64,000 nt of DNA from Leptogorgia sarmentosa (lineage: Eukaryota), in NCBI GenBank assembly GCA_964658305.1, contig OZ210885.1, positions 19,964,001-20,028,000 of the forward strand, read 5' to 3'. Position numbers and translations under genes: made by a program. Below the pieces are notes generated by a model. That model saw only the letters and a program-made list of their open reading frames with translations. It ran no database searches and had not been told where the DNA came from. The first letter of the stretch is position 1. Each line of letters starts with the position of its first letter. Below, piece after piece: positions 1 through 11,354 of the stretch.

Positions 1-253
1 AAACAAATTGTTCTGACATTCGGGACACTCAATATCCAAGTTCATTGTCGTTCTATCTAAGTGTTGCTTTTTTTTGTATCGAGGCGTGAGCGAACATGCA
101 AGTGAGTCGGCCAGTAGCGTAGCAATTAGATAGATTTTGAGATCATATCGAAACCATCAAGAGATTCACGAAAGGTCTATATATAACTGTGAATATTTTA
201 TTCACAAATTCTGATTTCGAGATAAAATCTAATTTTCAGCTAGTAATGGCAAG

Positions 254-2183
254 TTGGTTGTTTACATGGAGCATGTACTAAGTGGATCAACTGACTGGAG
301 TCGTTGTGTTATTTATCAGAACGACAAAAACGAGCCACTTCGATGTCCTGGGGAATCGATTGCTAAAAGCAATATTGGGGCTGGCTACAAAACCCTAGCT
401 CAAAACATTGCTGAACTCTCCGACCTTGGGTGCCTGCCAAATGATTTTGACGATGTGTCAAGACTAGACGAGGGAGATGGTTTAGAAGAAACGTTTTCTC
501 GAAGGCGCGCGAAATGGCATCTCAGTTGTTATGGCAAATTTAATTCCACTAAGGTCCAGCGAGCAAGAAAACGTCGCGCTTCTAGTGATAAGCAGGTAGT
601 CGGTGGGAAATATACAAGATCAAGTGCATCCACTTCGGTACGGTGTTCGACTGCTGAGGCTGAAAATGCTGCACCAACATGCTTTTTTTGCGGTGAGCCT
701 GCGACGCGTCAAAAGGCATTGCACCAAGCATCCACCCTCAATCTTGATGTCCGAGTCAGGCAGTGTGCTTACACGCTTCAGGATGAGAGGCTTCTGGCAA
801 AACTAAGTGAAGGAGATCTTGTCGCTTTAGAAGCCCGTTACCATGCACCTTGTCTCGTATCGTTTTACAAGAAAGCTGGAGTTGCCCAACAGCAAGATAA
901 AGAAGACGAAGTCCAGAGACCAGACAGTATCGCGCTTGCAGAGCTGGTTTCATATATTGAAGAAAAACGTGCCAGTAGTGATTGTCAACATGATTAAGCC
1001 AGGAGTAGAAAAGACGTTCACCGATTATGCAAATAAATCATTCCTCCTTTTCATCAAAGCCCAGCTTCGCCATGCTGATCGAGTAGATATCGTATGGGAT
1101 GAGTACATTGAGAATAGCTTGAAAGCTACCACTAGAGGTCAACGAGGAACCGGAGTAAGACGCCGCGTCACACCTATTAACCAGCTACCACGTAACTGGA
1201 GTTCTTTTCTTCGAGAGGACTCCAACAAGCGCGAGCTCTTCGTATTTCTGGCAGATTGTGTAAGCTCGCTCGACGTGGATGGCCAAGTCATCACCACACA
1301 TGGGCAAGATGTACGCTGCACAATCCCCAGAGCAACAACCAGCTTGTCCCCTTGTACGCATGAGGAGGCTGACACACGAATGTTGCTTCACGCGGCTGAT
1401 GCGGTGCAGCAAGGTGATCAGAAGATCCTTCTGCGGACGGTGGATACAGATGTCTTGGTGTTGGCGGTCGCTGTATTCCATCATCTGTCGTCTATTCGAC
1501 CCGAGGAGCAGCTTGAGATGTGGGTGGCTTTTGGAACGGGCATCAATCTGAGGTATATTCCCGCACATTCAATCGCAAGTACACTTGGTGAAGAGCGATC
1601 CAAAGCACTGCCTGCCTTTCATGCCTTTACCGGGTGCGATACCGTTTCCTGTTTTGCCGGACGGGGAAAGAAGACCGCAATGGAAGCGTGGAAAGCATAC
1701 CCGGACGTAACAAACGCCTTTTTGTCTTTGTCCTCCCCTATCGCTCAGATCACTGATGGCACCATGGACTTGCTCCAGCGTTTTGTCATCCTGATGTATG
1801 ACCGAACCAGCGATAAGACGAAAGTCAATGATGCGCGGAAGGCACTGTTTTCAAAGAAGGGCAAATCGCTGGATCTGATCCCGCCGACCTTAGCAGCTCT
1901 GTGTGAGCATGCAAAGAGGACCGCACTTCAGGCCGGGCATTGCTGGGGTCAGTGTCTGGTGGTCAGACCTCAGTTGCCAAATCCAGAGGAGTGGGGATGG
2001 GTGATGACATGTGACGGCTGGCAGCCATTCTGGACAACACTTCCAGATGTGACGAAATCATGTCGACAGCTTGTACGATGCGGGTGCAAGAAAGGTTGCC
2101 AAGGAAGGTGCTCATGTTTTAAGGTCAACTTGACCTGTAGCGAATTGTGCACATGTAGTGACGAATGCACCAACAAAGAGTGA
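254..2183 (+). pseudogene. Academ protein remnant: N-terminal Zn-binding region joined out of frame to the XPG-like nuclease and CXC; DDE core missing
   Basis: ORFs 254-997 and 843-2183. Relative to the longer Academ at 11355-16102, the central transposase region (ADEGVY...GGFH, DQxxEQ) is absent. Confidence 0.75.
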
Positions 2184-2436
2184 CTATGGGAAACAACTAA
2201 TGTTTCGTCACTAGTACTAGTCTTGCGTTTTTGTTCCTAACAGCAGCAGCAGTAGTACTGTTGATATGTTATATACTTCCCTCGCTTTCAATGAAATTAA
2301 ACACCATCTTCTGGCTTCATTAGAAAGCTGTAATTCGTGTCACTTTTGTTTCATTTGATACTGTTATACGTCACATATTCATCAAAGCATTCAGTATTAG
2401 TTAACTACAGTATAAAATTCAGTACAGATAACTAGT

Positions 2437-2755
2437 TAACTCACTTCCGGTTTAAAATGGGCGCCATTTTTAAAATTCTCGTAACTGTCCAAAATATCAT
2501 TTTTGCAAGATTTCCACTTTTGCAAGTTGGTGTACTCATAAAAAGAAGCCTTTCTACCAAATTTGGTATTATTTTATTTTTTATTATTTAATGTGGTATT
2601 ATTTAGGATTATTAAATAACTCACTTCCGGTTCAAAAGGGGCGCCATTTTTAAAATTCTCCTATCTCATCAAAACACCATTTTCAAAATGGCCCCACTTT
2701 TGAATGTTGATGTACTCATAAAAAGACGTCTCTCTACCAAATTTGATGCTTTTAA
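2437..2755. repeat. Two imperfect direct copies (period 180 bp) in the Academ subterminal region
   Basis: TAACTCACTTCCGGTT...GGCGCCATTTTTAAAATTCTC...TGTACTCATAAAAAGA...CTACCAAATTTG occurs at ~2437 and ~2617. Confidence 0.85.
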
Positions 2756-2794
2756 CCTTAATGGGAACTATTCATGCACATATCCGCCTCACTA

Positions 2795-2929
2795 AAATGT
2801 ACACATACCGGTCGAACTTTTAACAGATCATCAAATAAAGCAAAGGATATTCGAGATAATTTTAAAAACTATTTTAATAGCAAAAATGGTTCGCTACCAT
2901 GGCAAAAGTCTCATGTAAATAGCTGCTAA
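2795..2929 (+). pseudogene. C-terminal tail of a Harbinger (DDE_Tnp_4-type) transposase
   Basis: Manual translation gives KCTHTGRTFNRSSNKAKDIRDNFKNYFNSKNGSLPWQKSHVNSC*. AxxIRDxFxxYF...GSxPWQ is the usual animal Harbinger C-terminus. Confidence 0.7.
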
Positions 2930-3410
2930 TTTTTAAATGTTGTTATAACCATGTCACAATAAAAAGAACTCAAAGAAGGAATTCATCCAACTACAACATT
3001 TTTAGGTACAATTTCTCTCTTAAAAATAGAGTAATTTTGAGACAAATGATAGCGATAATAAATTTATTTTGCAACGTTTCGATGCTTCTTGCATCATTTT
3101 CAAGCTGAGAATAACAATAATTCGCGTTTAATTTAAGTTTAAACGGTCCGCGTGTTCGTCAGTTAATTATTGCATAAGCATGCAAAGTTACCAGATGCGC
3201 AAGATAAAATTACTTAAATTTACAGATATTTAACTATTTACACACAAAAAGAAACAATTACTACAAACAAATATTACAAATTAACACTGATTAACTAAAA
3301 AGTTTAGAACGAATTGAGTCCGATTGAGTGTTCAGGGATTGTTTCTGTTCTCTGATGTATAGCATCTCATATAGGAGGCATTCGTATTTTCCGCGGCATT
3401 TCCGTAAGAT

Positions 3411-6400
3411 CAGTGTGACCAGCTTTTCTCAGGGACAATTACCATATCAGGGCAAAAAAATTACCACATGAAGCCAAAAATTACCACGTACACTTTTATC
3501 CCATATTACACCTGCATATCCCTAAGATTATCCCAATGTATTCCTACTTTACCCTCACTAACCCAAACAACTACCCCAGAAAAGGGCTTTCCTATAAAAA
3601 ATGAAAACTGAGGACACATTCGGCGATTAGAGAGTTAGGGTTGAGTATTAAATTGTGAAGACAGACATCCCCAGTCCTCACCTGGGGCTGAGATACCCTT
3701 GTAAAATCATTTATTATTTCTATGATAAATAGGAACCACATAACAACATAATTTGTTAACAATTGTTTGAAAAACAACATAATTTGTTAACAATTGTTTG
3801 CCTTAATTAACATCCTTCTAAGTTCTAACAATATTTTTTAACAATAACAAAACATAATACCAAAATACTATCCTGTTGTTCTGTTGATGAGTTAGAGACT
3901 CACTCACAGGCTCATCACCATATACAGTTTCAACATTTGTGTACATTGTTTTGTTGCATTTCTGCAACATTTCCCTTGTTGGCCCGAACTTTACACATGA
4001 TTCTGAAGTGTGTTTCACGCCCTCCTTCACAAAAATCAGTGATGCAACACCCTCTGTTGAAAATCTGTTTCTGTGGGAAGTTTTAATAAGATTCACCTGG
4101 GAGAACACTCGTTCACAATCAGCATTGCTCACAGGAAGACAAAGCATTGCCTTAGCAAAGGCACCTAACAACTTATAGTTGTCATTTGATGATATTTTTA
4201 CCCAAAATGCTTCTGTTGGGAGCGTGGCACAGCTGTCAGCCAGATCTGATACCTCTTCATCAAATATCAGCTGTCTCCACTCCTGATCCAATCTCTGTAG
4301 CTCCTTTGCAGGTATAATGTTTGGAAATCTGGTGGCTACATTAGCAATGCTTGCAATGGTTCCTGAAACAGCCTTCTGTGGATCCAAAAAATTCAAATCC
4401 CGTAGGACAGGATTATTTAGTGGCAACCTCATCTTCAGTTGGCAACAAAGTTGAATTAAGAAGTCCTTGCATCTTTGGAAGCATTCAGTTACCCTCTCTT
4501 TTGCTACTCCTCCAAAGGCAACAGAAGCAATTAATCTTGCAGCTTCCACTCCCATATACAATTGGGTTAATGGTAGATGATTGGCAGGATTTGTGGGGTC
4601 AATCAAGGACACATCACCCTTGAGCAAAACTGGCTTTATAAAGCAGCTAAGAATGACTTTGTATGCTGATGTACAATCAGAATGCAGCTTGTGGATGGCC
4701 GGTGACTGACACTGAAAGATTACATTGAGCTTGTTGACAACAGGAATAATATAGTTCAAAAAGGCAAAATACAGCTTAGTAATGTTATCTGAGAATTGCT
4801 CATACAGGAACCGAGATGCCTGAAGGCGGTCAACAAGGTACTGAGAGGAAAAATATAGTTTCAAAGCATCCCCCTGACAAAGAATTCGCTCAATACATGA
4901 ACCAAAAGATAGCCACCTAATACTGTAGAAGCGCAACATACGGTACTGCTTCGACTCGCTAAAATCTTGAAATTCTTTAAATTCGTTGCATCGCTTGCTC
5001 GATTGTGCAAAGTAATTATAGGCCTCTTTGACAACCTGCTCCAGGCTCCTGGGTAGTGTAGTACAGGCATGACTCACTGCTAAGACACACGAGTGACAAG
5101 CACATTTCATTGTTAAGCAGTGAGGGTTGGCTTCAATGATCCGGCTAGCAATGCTGTTATTTTGACCAAAAATAACATTGGTTGTATCAGCAGCAAAACC
5201 TATTACATCAGTCATTTCAAGACTATGTTTATTGAGGTCACTTTTCAAAGTCTCAAAGAGGTCAGCTGCTGTTTCACCAATATCAGGGGTGAGGTTTAGC
5301 AATCTAGTGTCAACTTTCATTAGCTTCTCACTGAAGAACTTGATGACAATAGCCATGCATTTCACTGTTCCTCGATCGGTTGTCTCATCAATGATCAAAG
5401 AGACATGCTTGCGACCATCTCTTGAAGTAGTATGGATATCTTTTCGCAACTCAGTCTTGAACTCCTGCGCAAGGACATTATAGGTCATTGCAGCAGACTT
5501 TGTCCTTTTGCAGGAAAATGCTCTTGCAATTGCTGAGTCACAAAATGTCTCAGATATTAAATCAGACAAATGATCCATCAGTCGAAATGGCAGGTTATGT
5601 TCTGCAAGGAAGGCACAGATCTTGAGTTCTGCTTTCTTGGTTTCATCAGGAACAGTTGATGGTGGTTTGAAGAACTTGGATAGCTATTATATTACAAGTG
5701 AAAATAGAACAAATTGTTGGTAAAAAAATAAGACATAATAATCTTGTTATGAATAAACAGCAACATTCCATTGACTGGGTAAATAACAATGTCCAATCGA
5801 TAAGAACACATAAATTCGACATCTCTTATCAGTAATGACCAACTTAAAACGTCAGGCTTTAATGCAACTACGTAAACAGTCGTAAAACACTCTAGAATTA
5901 CCTTAGAGGTTCCCGATGAGGTAGCCATCAATGAAACATGCTTTGAGCTTTTGGCATGCACACGAATCGTTGCCAATCTCGCTTGGATTTTACATCTGCA
6001 TATTTTGCAATACGCCTCAACTCCATGATGGTCATCCTTAGCGCGCGAAAGCCACTTCGAAAACTCAGGCTTCAACTCCCATTCATCGCGATACTTCTGC
6101 TTACGATTGTTTGAAGATCTAGCTTTCTTAACATGTGGCTGAACATCATCTTGATCTTCCTCTTCGGCATCTTCGCCAGCCGTACACTCTGCCTTGGAGT
6201 CTCTGCCAGTGTAACTCTCAGTCTCATCATTTCTCTCATCCGAGTCAGAGTCTGACTCCAAGCATTGCCTTTGACAAACGTCAGAGTGGTCAGACATCAC
6301 ATTTCCATATTGATTTACATATTATAATATTCGTATGCTAATTGTAGATACAATAGGACCAAAGTCACCAAAGGCAAAGAACTATCGTGGGCATGGTCTC

Positions 6401-6722
6401 GTCCCAGGCTCCTACAACATGGCACACTACACAATAGGGCAGATACAGGCTATTAACGTTAACCCCCCATTTAGAGGGCCCTGTACCAGGCTTGAAAATC
6501 CCGACCGATGATCACCTGCAAAACGGTAACATATATTGTTACTATTTAGTTTATTCCAGAATCTAAATAAATTACTACACATCGGTATTAATTACTACAA
6601 ATTACTACAACTTTAGGATAAATTACCGTAGTAATTACTACAAATTTCTAATTACCACAATCATCCAAAAAATTACCACAAATTACCAAAAGTAATTAAA
6701 ATTACCACGTCTGGTCACACTG
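3411..6722 (-). mobile_element. hAT DNA transposon, full length (3312 bp)
   Basis: Perfect 12-bp TIR CAGTGTGACCAG/CTGGTCACACTG. Perfect 8-bp TSD CGTAAGAT (3403-3410, 6723-6730). AATTAC(C/T)A subterminal repeats at both ends. Confidence 0.95.
3818..6297 (-). CDS. hAT transposase (ZNF862-like), spliced: exons 6297-5902 and 5683-3818
   Basis: GT..AG intron 5901-5684 joins the frames in phase 0. Motifs: TTF/BED-type Zn finger (CKIC..H..SxKH), IIDETTD, AADTT, CACH, RW, SNADCERVFS. No stops. Confidence 0.88.
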
Positions 6723-6880
6723 CGTAAGATTGAAAAACAGTTTTCAATTCGTGATGTGCTTAATTGGTGTTGATCTTGCATATGGATTCCAATAACCGAT
6801 CCCTTGTGCTCATCAATACATTGGAATTGATGAGCGGACCGTTTAAATTTAAATTAAACGCGAATTATTCTTATTCTCAG

Positions 6881-6912
6881 CTTGAAAATGATGCAAGAAG
6901 CATCGAAACGTC
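6881..6912 (+). ncRNA. Minimal hammerhead-ribozyme-like motif in the PLE pLTR (second copy on - at ~3073-3104)
   Basis: CTTGAAAAT-GATGC-AAGAA-GCATC-GAAACGTC: a perfect stem II followed by GAAAC. The core deviates from CUGANGA. PLE pLTRs are known to carry minimal hammerheads. Confidence 0.5.
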
Positions 6913-7095
6913 ACAAAATAAATTTATTATCGCTATCATTTGTCTCAAAATTAATTTCAAAAAAGAATTTAATAAAAAATAGAGTAACATATAAAAAATG
7001 TTCATAATTATGTTCAATGTTTAAACTACATAAAAATGAGTGTTGAAAACAGGATCAATTTAAACTCAACAACAACACAACAAACAGCGCATTAT

Positions 7096-8092
7096 TCATG
7101 CAAGTTGTTGATCATTTTGTGCTGGAAATGGTGTCCACATGTAATTACTTAGCAAATTTTGTGAACTGGATTGAATTAGGGGTTGTTGCGTGGTGGTAAA
7201 CTGCATTGGATTTTGCATAGTAAGGTTATTGTAGTTACCAAACTGTATAACCAAAAATATTTTCTCTATTGCACTTCGGGCAACTGCCTTGTTCTTTTCA
7301 TCTAACTTTCTCATCCTATTCCCCAGGCTCATGCAATACATATAATCCTCGTCCATTTCTTGTTTATCTGCATGTTTCATGGAACGTTCTTATAGTTTAA
7401 TGCTTTCATTGAGACTTGAAATCGACTTATCTAATTGTCGATCGGTTTCCTCTAATTTTCGTTTATGGCTTTTGTTTTTTTCCACTGTTTCCTGCTTTCT
7501 CCTTTGGTGCTATCTTGAGGGGTGCTAACTGTGGTTGTGCTATCTTTAGGGGTGCTAACTTTTGTTGTAGATGTGCTTTCGTCCACAGTTTGGTTAACAG
7601 TTGTCTGAATCCTGCGATGCTGTCATCACTTCCTTCGTCTGAGTCTGTTGCATCATGTGATTCTTCACTGGACCTAACATTAACAGCCACAGGTGGTTGA
7701 TCAGACATAGAACTCTTCTCAATGTTCTTATCAGAAAGCTTAAAATTTCCAGAGCTTTGCCTACTGATTATAAAGGGCTTTAGCCATAGAAGATGCTCAT
7801 ATTTTGGATTTACTCCCAAATCACCAGCTCCTGAACCAGATCTCCCCCTCATTTTGCTTAGATATCTGCTAAACTCAGTCCTGATAGTCTCATACCTTCA
7901 CTTTACAGAATATATGGTTTCGTGGAGTCGTTCTGCGATTTTCTTCCAGCTGTTGGCTTTCTTATTCCAATCTTTGAAATCCTTTGACGCTCGGTTGTAT
8001 ATAGAAGGAAATTCTTGGATTAATTCCATAAATAACGCATCACTTTCTTGAATTTTCTTTATAGTGACTTCAGGTGCAGCTTCGTCTGCCAT
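7096..8092 (-). pseudogene. MADF (Myb/SANT-like) plus BESS-like protein; Harbinger accessory gene
   Basis: FMELIQEFPSIYN...KANSWKKIAE...YEHLLWL (MADF) and DEDYMYCMSL...IEKIF (BESS-like). In-frame TGA at ~7898 and frameshifts. Confidence 0.75.
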
Positions 8093-8372
8093 TTTGAAGT
8101 GAGATGATTTCTGGAGTCTGGACTCTAATTTCTTGTCGCATTCCATCTGTTTTCGGTTTTCATTTACATCACAGTCGCAATTTGTCGGCGATCATCGGTG
8201 ACAATCGGGGAAAAAACAAATATTTTTGTTTTCTATGACGGTCGCCGATAGTCTGGGAACATCCCCGATTACCGGTTTTCATTAATCGTAACTCATCGTA
8301 ATTCGTTGTATCTCATCGGGAAGATGATTCGGTGATAATCGCAGATGAATTACGATATATGAAAACCAGGCT

Positions 8373-9075
8373 TTAGGCACCCATTTAAAATTTACAAAGT
8401 CATTTTTGCTAAACAGAAAATGCCCGACATGTTCAGATGGCACACCTTTCTTGTACATTGTGTATCGCCAAACATCTAGTTGCATGCTAACATATGTTGG
8501 GTTTAGCGAGCTGCTCTTTAAAACAGAGAGAATTACAAACTGACAACTAGCATCTTGCAGCTTTTCATCACTTGGCTTGACAGGAATATAAAAGCTTCTA
8601 CATAGTAATTAAACAAAAATTTTAAATAATTTCGAAGACGTATGCAAAAAGCGAGAAGTATCTAGATTTACCCACCTTAGCAAACTTTTTGTTAAGTTTT
8701 CCGAAGGCTCCCAACTACACTCTTCTAGTGGCCACCCACGCCATTTGATTAGATATTCGTAGTCCTAAATACAATAGAACACACAATCACTTATCTTATG
8801 AAGAAATTTCATTTAGTCTTTAAAATAATCTGGTCAAAATGTTTTTCAATCCAATATATTAAAATACAGAATTATATTTTTAATAAGTTGATCTCAACTG
8901 AGTGTCGCAAGCAACTTACGTGACGCTTCTTCCGCCTCTGAATTATCCTTTCTGCTTCATAATATCTTCCCTTCCTTTTCTTCGTGGTAGAATCGTAAAG
9001 GACAACAGACGACAAAGCATTCAACTGAGAATAGTCAACTCTTGTGAGCCTTGTCAGTCTCCTTTTGCACGCCAT
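8373..9075 (-). CDS. Chromodomain protein, 5' part (exons 9075-8920, 8764-8676, 8597-8373), cut by the Harbinger insertion
   Basis: Spliced product YYEAERIIQRRKKRH|DYEYLIKWRGWPLEECSWEPSENL. Canonical, phase-consistent GT/AG sites. Confidence 0.75.
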
Positions 9076-9528
9076 ATTTGATTTTTTATTTTTATCTAGT
9101 TTTCATGGGAGAAACCGCAAACCTATGTGCGCTTTGTGGCGGTTGTTAAATAATACAGTGTTTTTTATGCAGGTATTCGGATCCTGGACTGTGGTTCAAA
9201 TAGTTGTGCCCTCATTGAGGTTGTGGATCGATGGGTGGCACCATGGAATGTGATGAGTGTGGTTGTGATTGAGTTTGATGGTGGACAGGGTTGAAGGTTA
9301 TGGTAGGATGGAAGGTTGTAATCAAGTGAATTATATTAGAACAAATTACATTAAAAGGAATTGTATTAAAACGAATTACATTAAAAGGAATTATATTAAA
9401 ACGAATTGTATTATGGGTATACCGGCAAAACCCGCGTTTATAGTGGTGTTTTGTGTGAATGCCAGGGCCGTAGTGATTGCCAATTATCACCGGGCCCTGT
9501 CCCTTGGTTTTCCGTTGAAAACTCTTAG

Positions 9529-10484
9529 TAGTCTAGGACCTGTATATGAGTTTGTATGCATTTCATTTAGGACAGATAATCTCAACTGTTTTAGGGTAAG
9601 TTGACCATGCCGGTCAACATGGTAATGCTGCTTGAACCCGAATCCGGGGCGAAACCCCCTTAAATGACCACACCCAAAAATGACGGCTTCGCCATAGTGC
9701 TATCTACTAAACCATACAAGCTATGGCTCTTCTGACATGCTTATATGGTCCAGTGATGGTGCTTTTAGGGGTGGTCATTGGTGAGTGTGAAATGCCCAGC
9801 ACTAATATTTTGCAAGATAATGAGCATGCCATACTCCCATTCCAAGGTCAATTTGTGGCTTACAACTTCAGACAAACAGCAGTGGGCCTAAATTTATTGC
9901 CTTGCTAAATTGTCTTGATAGAAACATAACTGGTACTCATTTAAGTATATATTCACTGTTTTCGTGTAATATAGTTAATATTTTGCAAACGAAATATTCA
10001 TTTGAAATGTACATACCTCTTGCAAATTGACGTATTTGGTCAAACTCGCCACTTCACATTGCTGTTTAACGCCAATAATCGTTGAAATCCTTCCAAATAT
10101 GTAAATCAGCTCAGCCATAAATGTGTCAAGAATATTTCCAATAGCTTTTAACAAAGTTTCAAGTCAATCCTAACAGTTTAACCGTCGACGGGGTAAAACC
10201 ACGACATTTACCAATTTCGGCGCCATTGTATCGTCCCGTTTCGGTTGTCAACAATTCGACCTTTTAATTCTTCCATCCGAGCAATTTCAATAGCACTAAT
10301 GAAAAATTCAACCCTTTATTATGGGTATGCAAATAAAAATATGAATAAAAGATGCGAAATACAGCATTTTACCACCCTGTAAAATGTTGCTTATGAGTCG
10401 TTCAAAACATTCCGTACGAATCACGCGCGGACAAAGTGACAAGGCTGACACGGGGGGGTTGAATATTGTTACACGAATTTAGAA
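9529..10484 (+). repeat. Left TIR (~956 bp)
   Basis: Near-identical reverse complement of 17139-18088. Mirrored small ORFs at 9723-9908 (+) and 17715-17900 (-). Confidence 0.95.
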
Positions 10485-11354
10485 TAAGACTGTGTGACAA
10501 CAGGGAACCAAAGACGAACTAATTGAATTTGAACCAAAACACTACATAACTATAGTGAAATTTAATCATTCATCCGGCCTCGTGTTTTAACTCGCGCTTA
10601 TTTTGAACGAGTGTTTTCTTTTATCGAAAAGCTTTTACAGACTTTAAAGTTTAAAAACATCAATAAAGCAAAGCCACACAGTATGGTAAGATCAATAATA
10701 AAAAGTTGTTAATGTATTACAGTATCTGTAAGGATTTGTTGGTTCAGGAATTAAACAAACATTCCTTTTGATTGTACAAGTATCTTTTTTGGCTTGTGGC
10801 GTGAACCATTCATCTTGTATGGCCCATTATTTTTGGTTTTATTTGAATGAAGTATGGAATAGTCATGAGTTTTCCAAAACACGTGCACGTGTGTTTAAAT
10901 GTATCTAAACAAAAAAAGCCTATGTTTTCTACACGCTTCTTTATAGAAACTAAATAATTAAATTTGACAAGTTTTTTTGTTTATTTTTGTTGACTTTTTT
11001 AAAAGGAACGACTAATGTTTTTTTTGGCCGTTCAGTTATTAGCTGTTTCTCTCTCTTTAACAATGAATCAATGACTACATGATTGCATGCGAAGGTAGAC
11101 GCAGGAGCGTAGGAAATGGGGGAGGGGGGCACGGGGGCCGCCCCCCAAAAAACTCTGGATTTTCTTTGAGGCCTTATAAAAAGGTAGAATTAAGACTCTG
11201 AAACGGCCATTTCCAACGATCTAGAGACCACAAATTCTCAAACTCCACCTTTCCTATCTCAAACTCAATCGCCGTATCTATCGCGTTGCTACGCCCTTGG
11301 CTAGGAGGCTATAGCTTCACCCGTAATGACTAAACGCCTTACTTCCAGGACAAA

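Larger units (their letters stand above)
1..2794 (+). mobile_element. AcademX DNA transposon, internally deleted; left end lies outside the window
   Basis: XPG/PIN-like motifs (HEEADTRM, DTDV, FTGCD) and a C-terminal Cys-rich CXC. The end is placed at ...CCGCCTCACTA (CTA-3'), immediately followed by resumption of a Harbinger transposase frame. A subterminal ~180-bp duplication is present. Confidence 0.75.
3035..6974 (-). mobile_element. 5'-truncated Penelope-like element with an inverted pLTR copy, split by a hAT
   Basis: Minus-strand GIY-YIG tail (IDEHKGSVIGIH...FSILRKCRGKYECLLYEMLYIREQKQSLNTQSDS) is continuous across the hAT. There is a ~120-bp inverted repeat at 3035-3151 / 6834-6950 and a 13-bp TSD AAAAATAGAGTAA (3022-3034, 6975-6987). 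Confidence 0.8.
2795..8372. mobile_element. PIF/Harbinger element (right part), interrupted by Academ and PLE insertions
   Basis: Transposase C-terminus on + converges on a MADF-BESS gene on -. The terminus ...ATATATGAAAACCAGGCT is followed by TTA (TWA target). Confidence 0.7.

Noticed and set aside
843..2183. Host FEN1/XPG or tesmin gene
   Set aside because: The domain order, repetition in three elements and TAG/CTA termini fit AcademX.
9723..9908. 61-aa ORF duplicated at 17715-17900
   Set aside because: It simply mirrors the Academ TIRs; there is no coding evidence.
11102..11299. Possible old MITE (CAGGAGCGTAG...CTACGCCCTTG) upstream of the Academ ORF
   Set aside because: The TIRs are imperfect and there is no convincing TSD.
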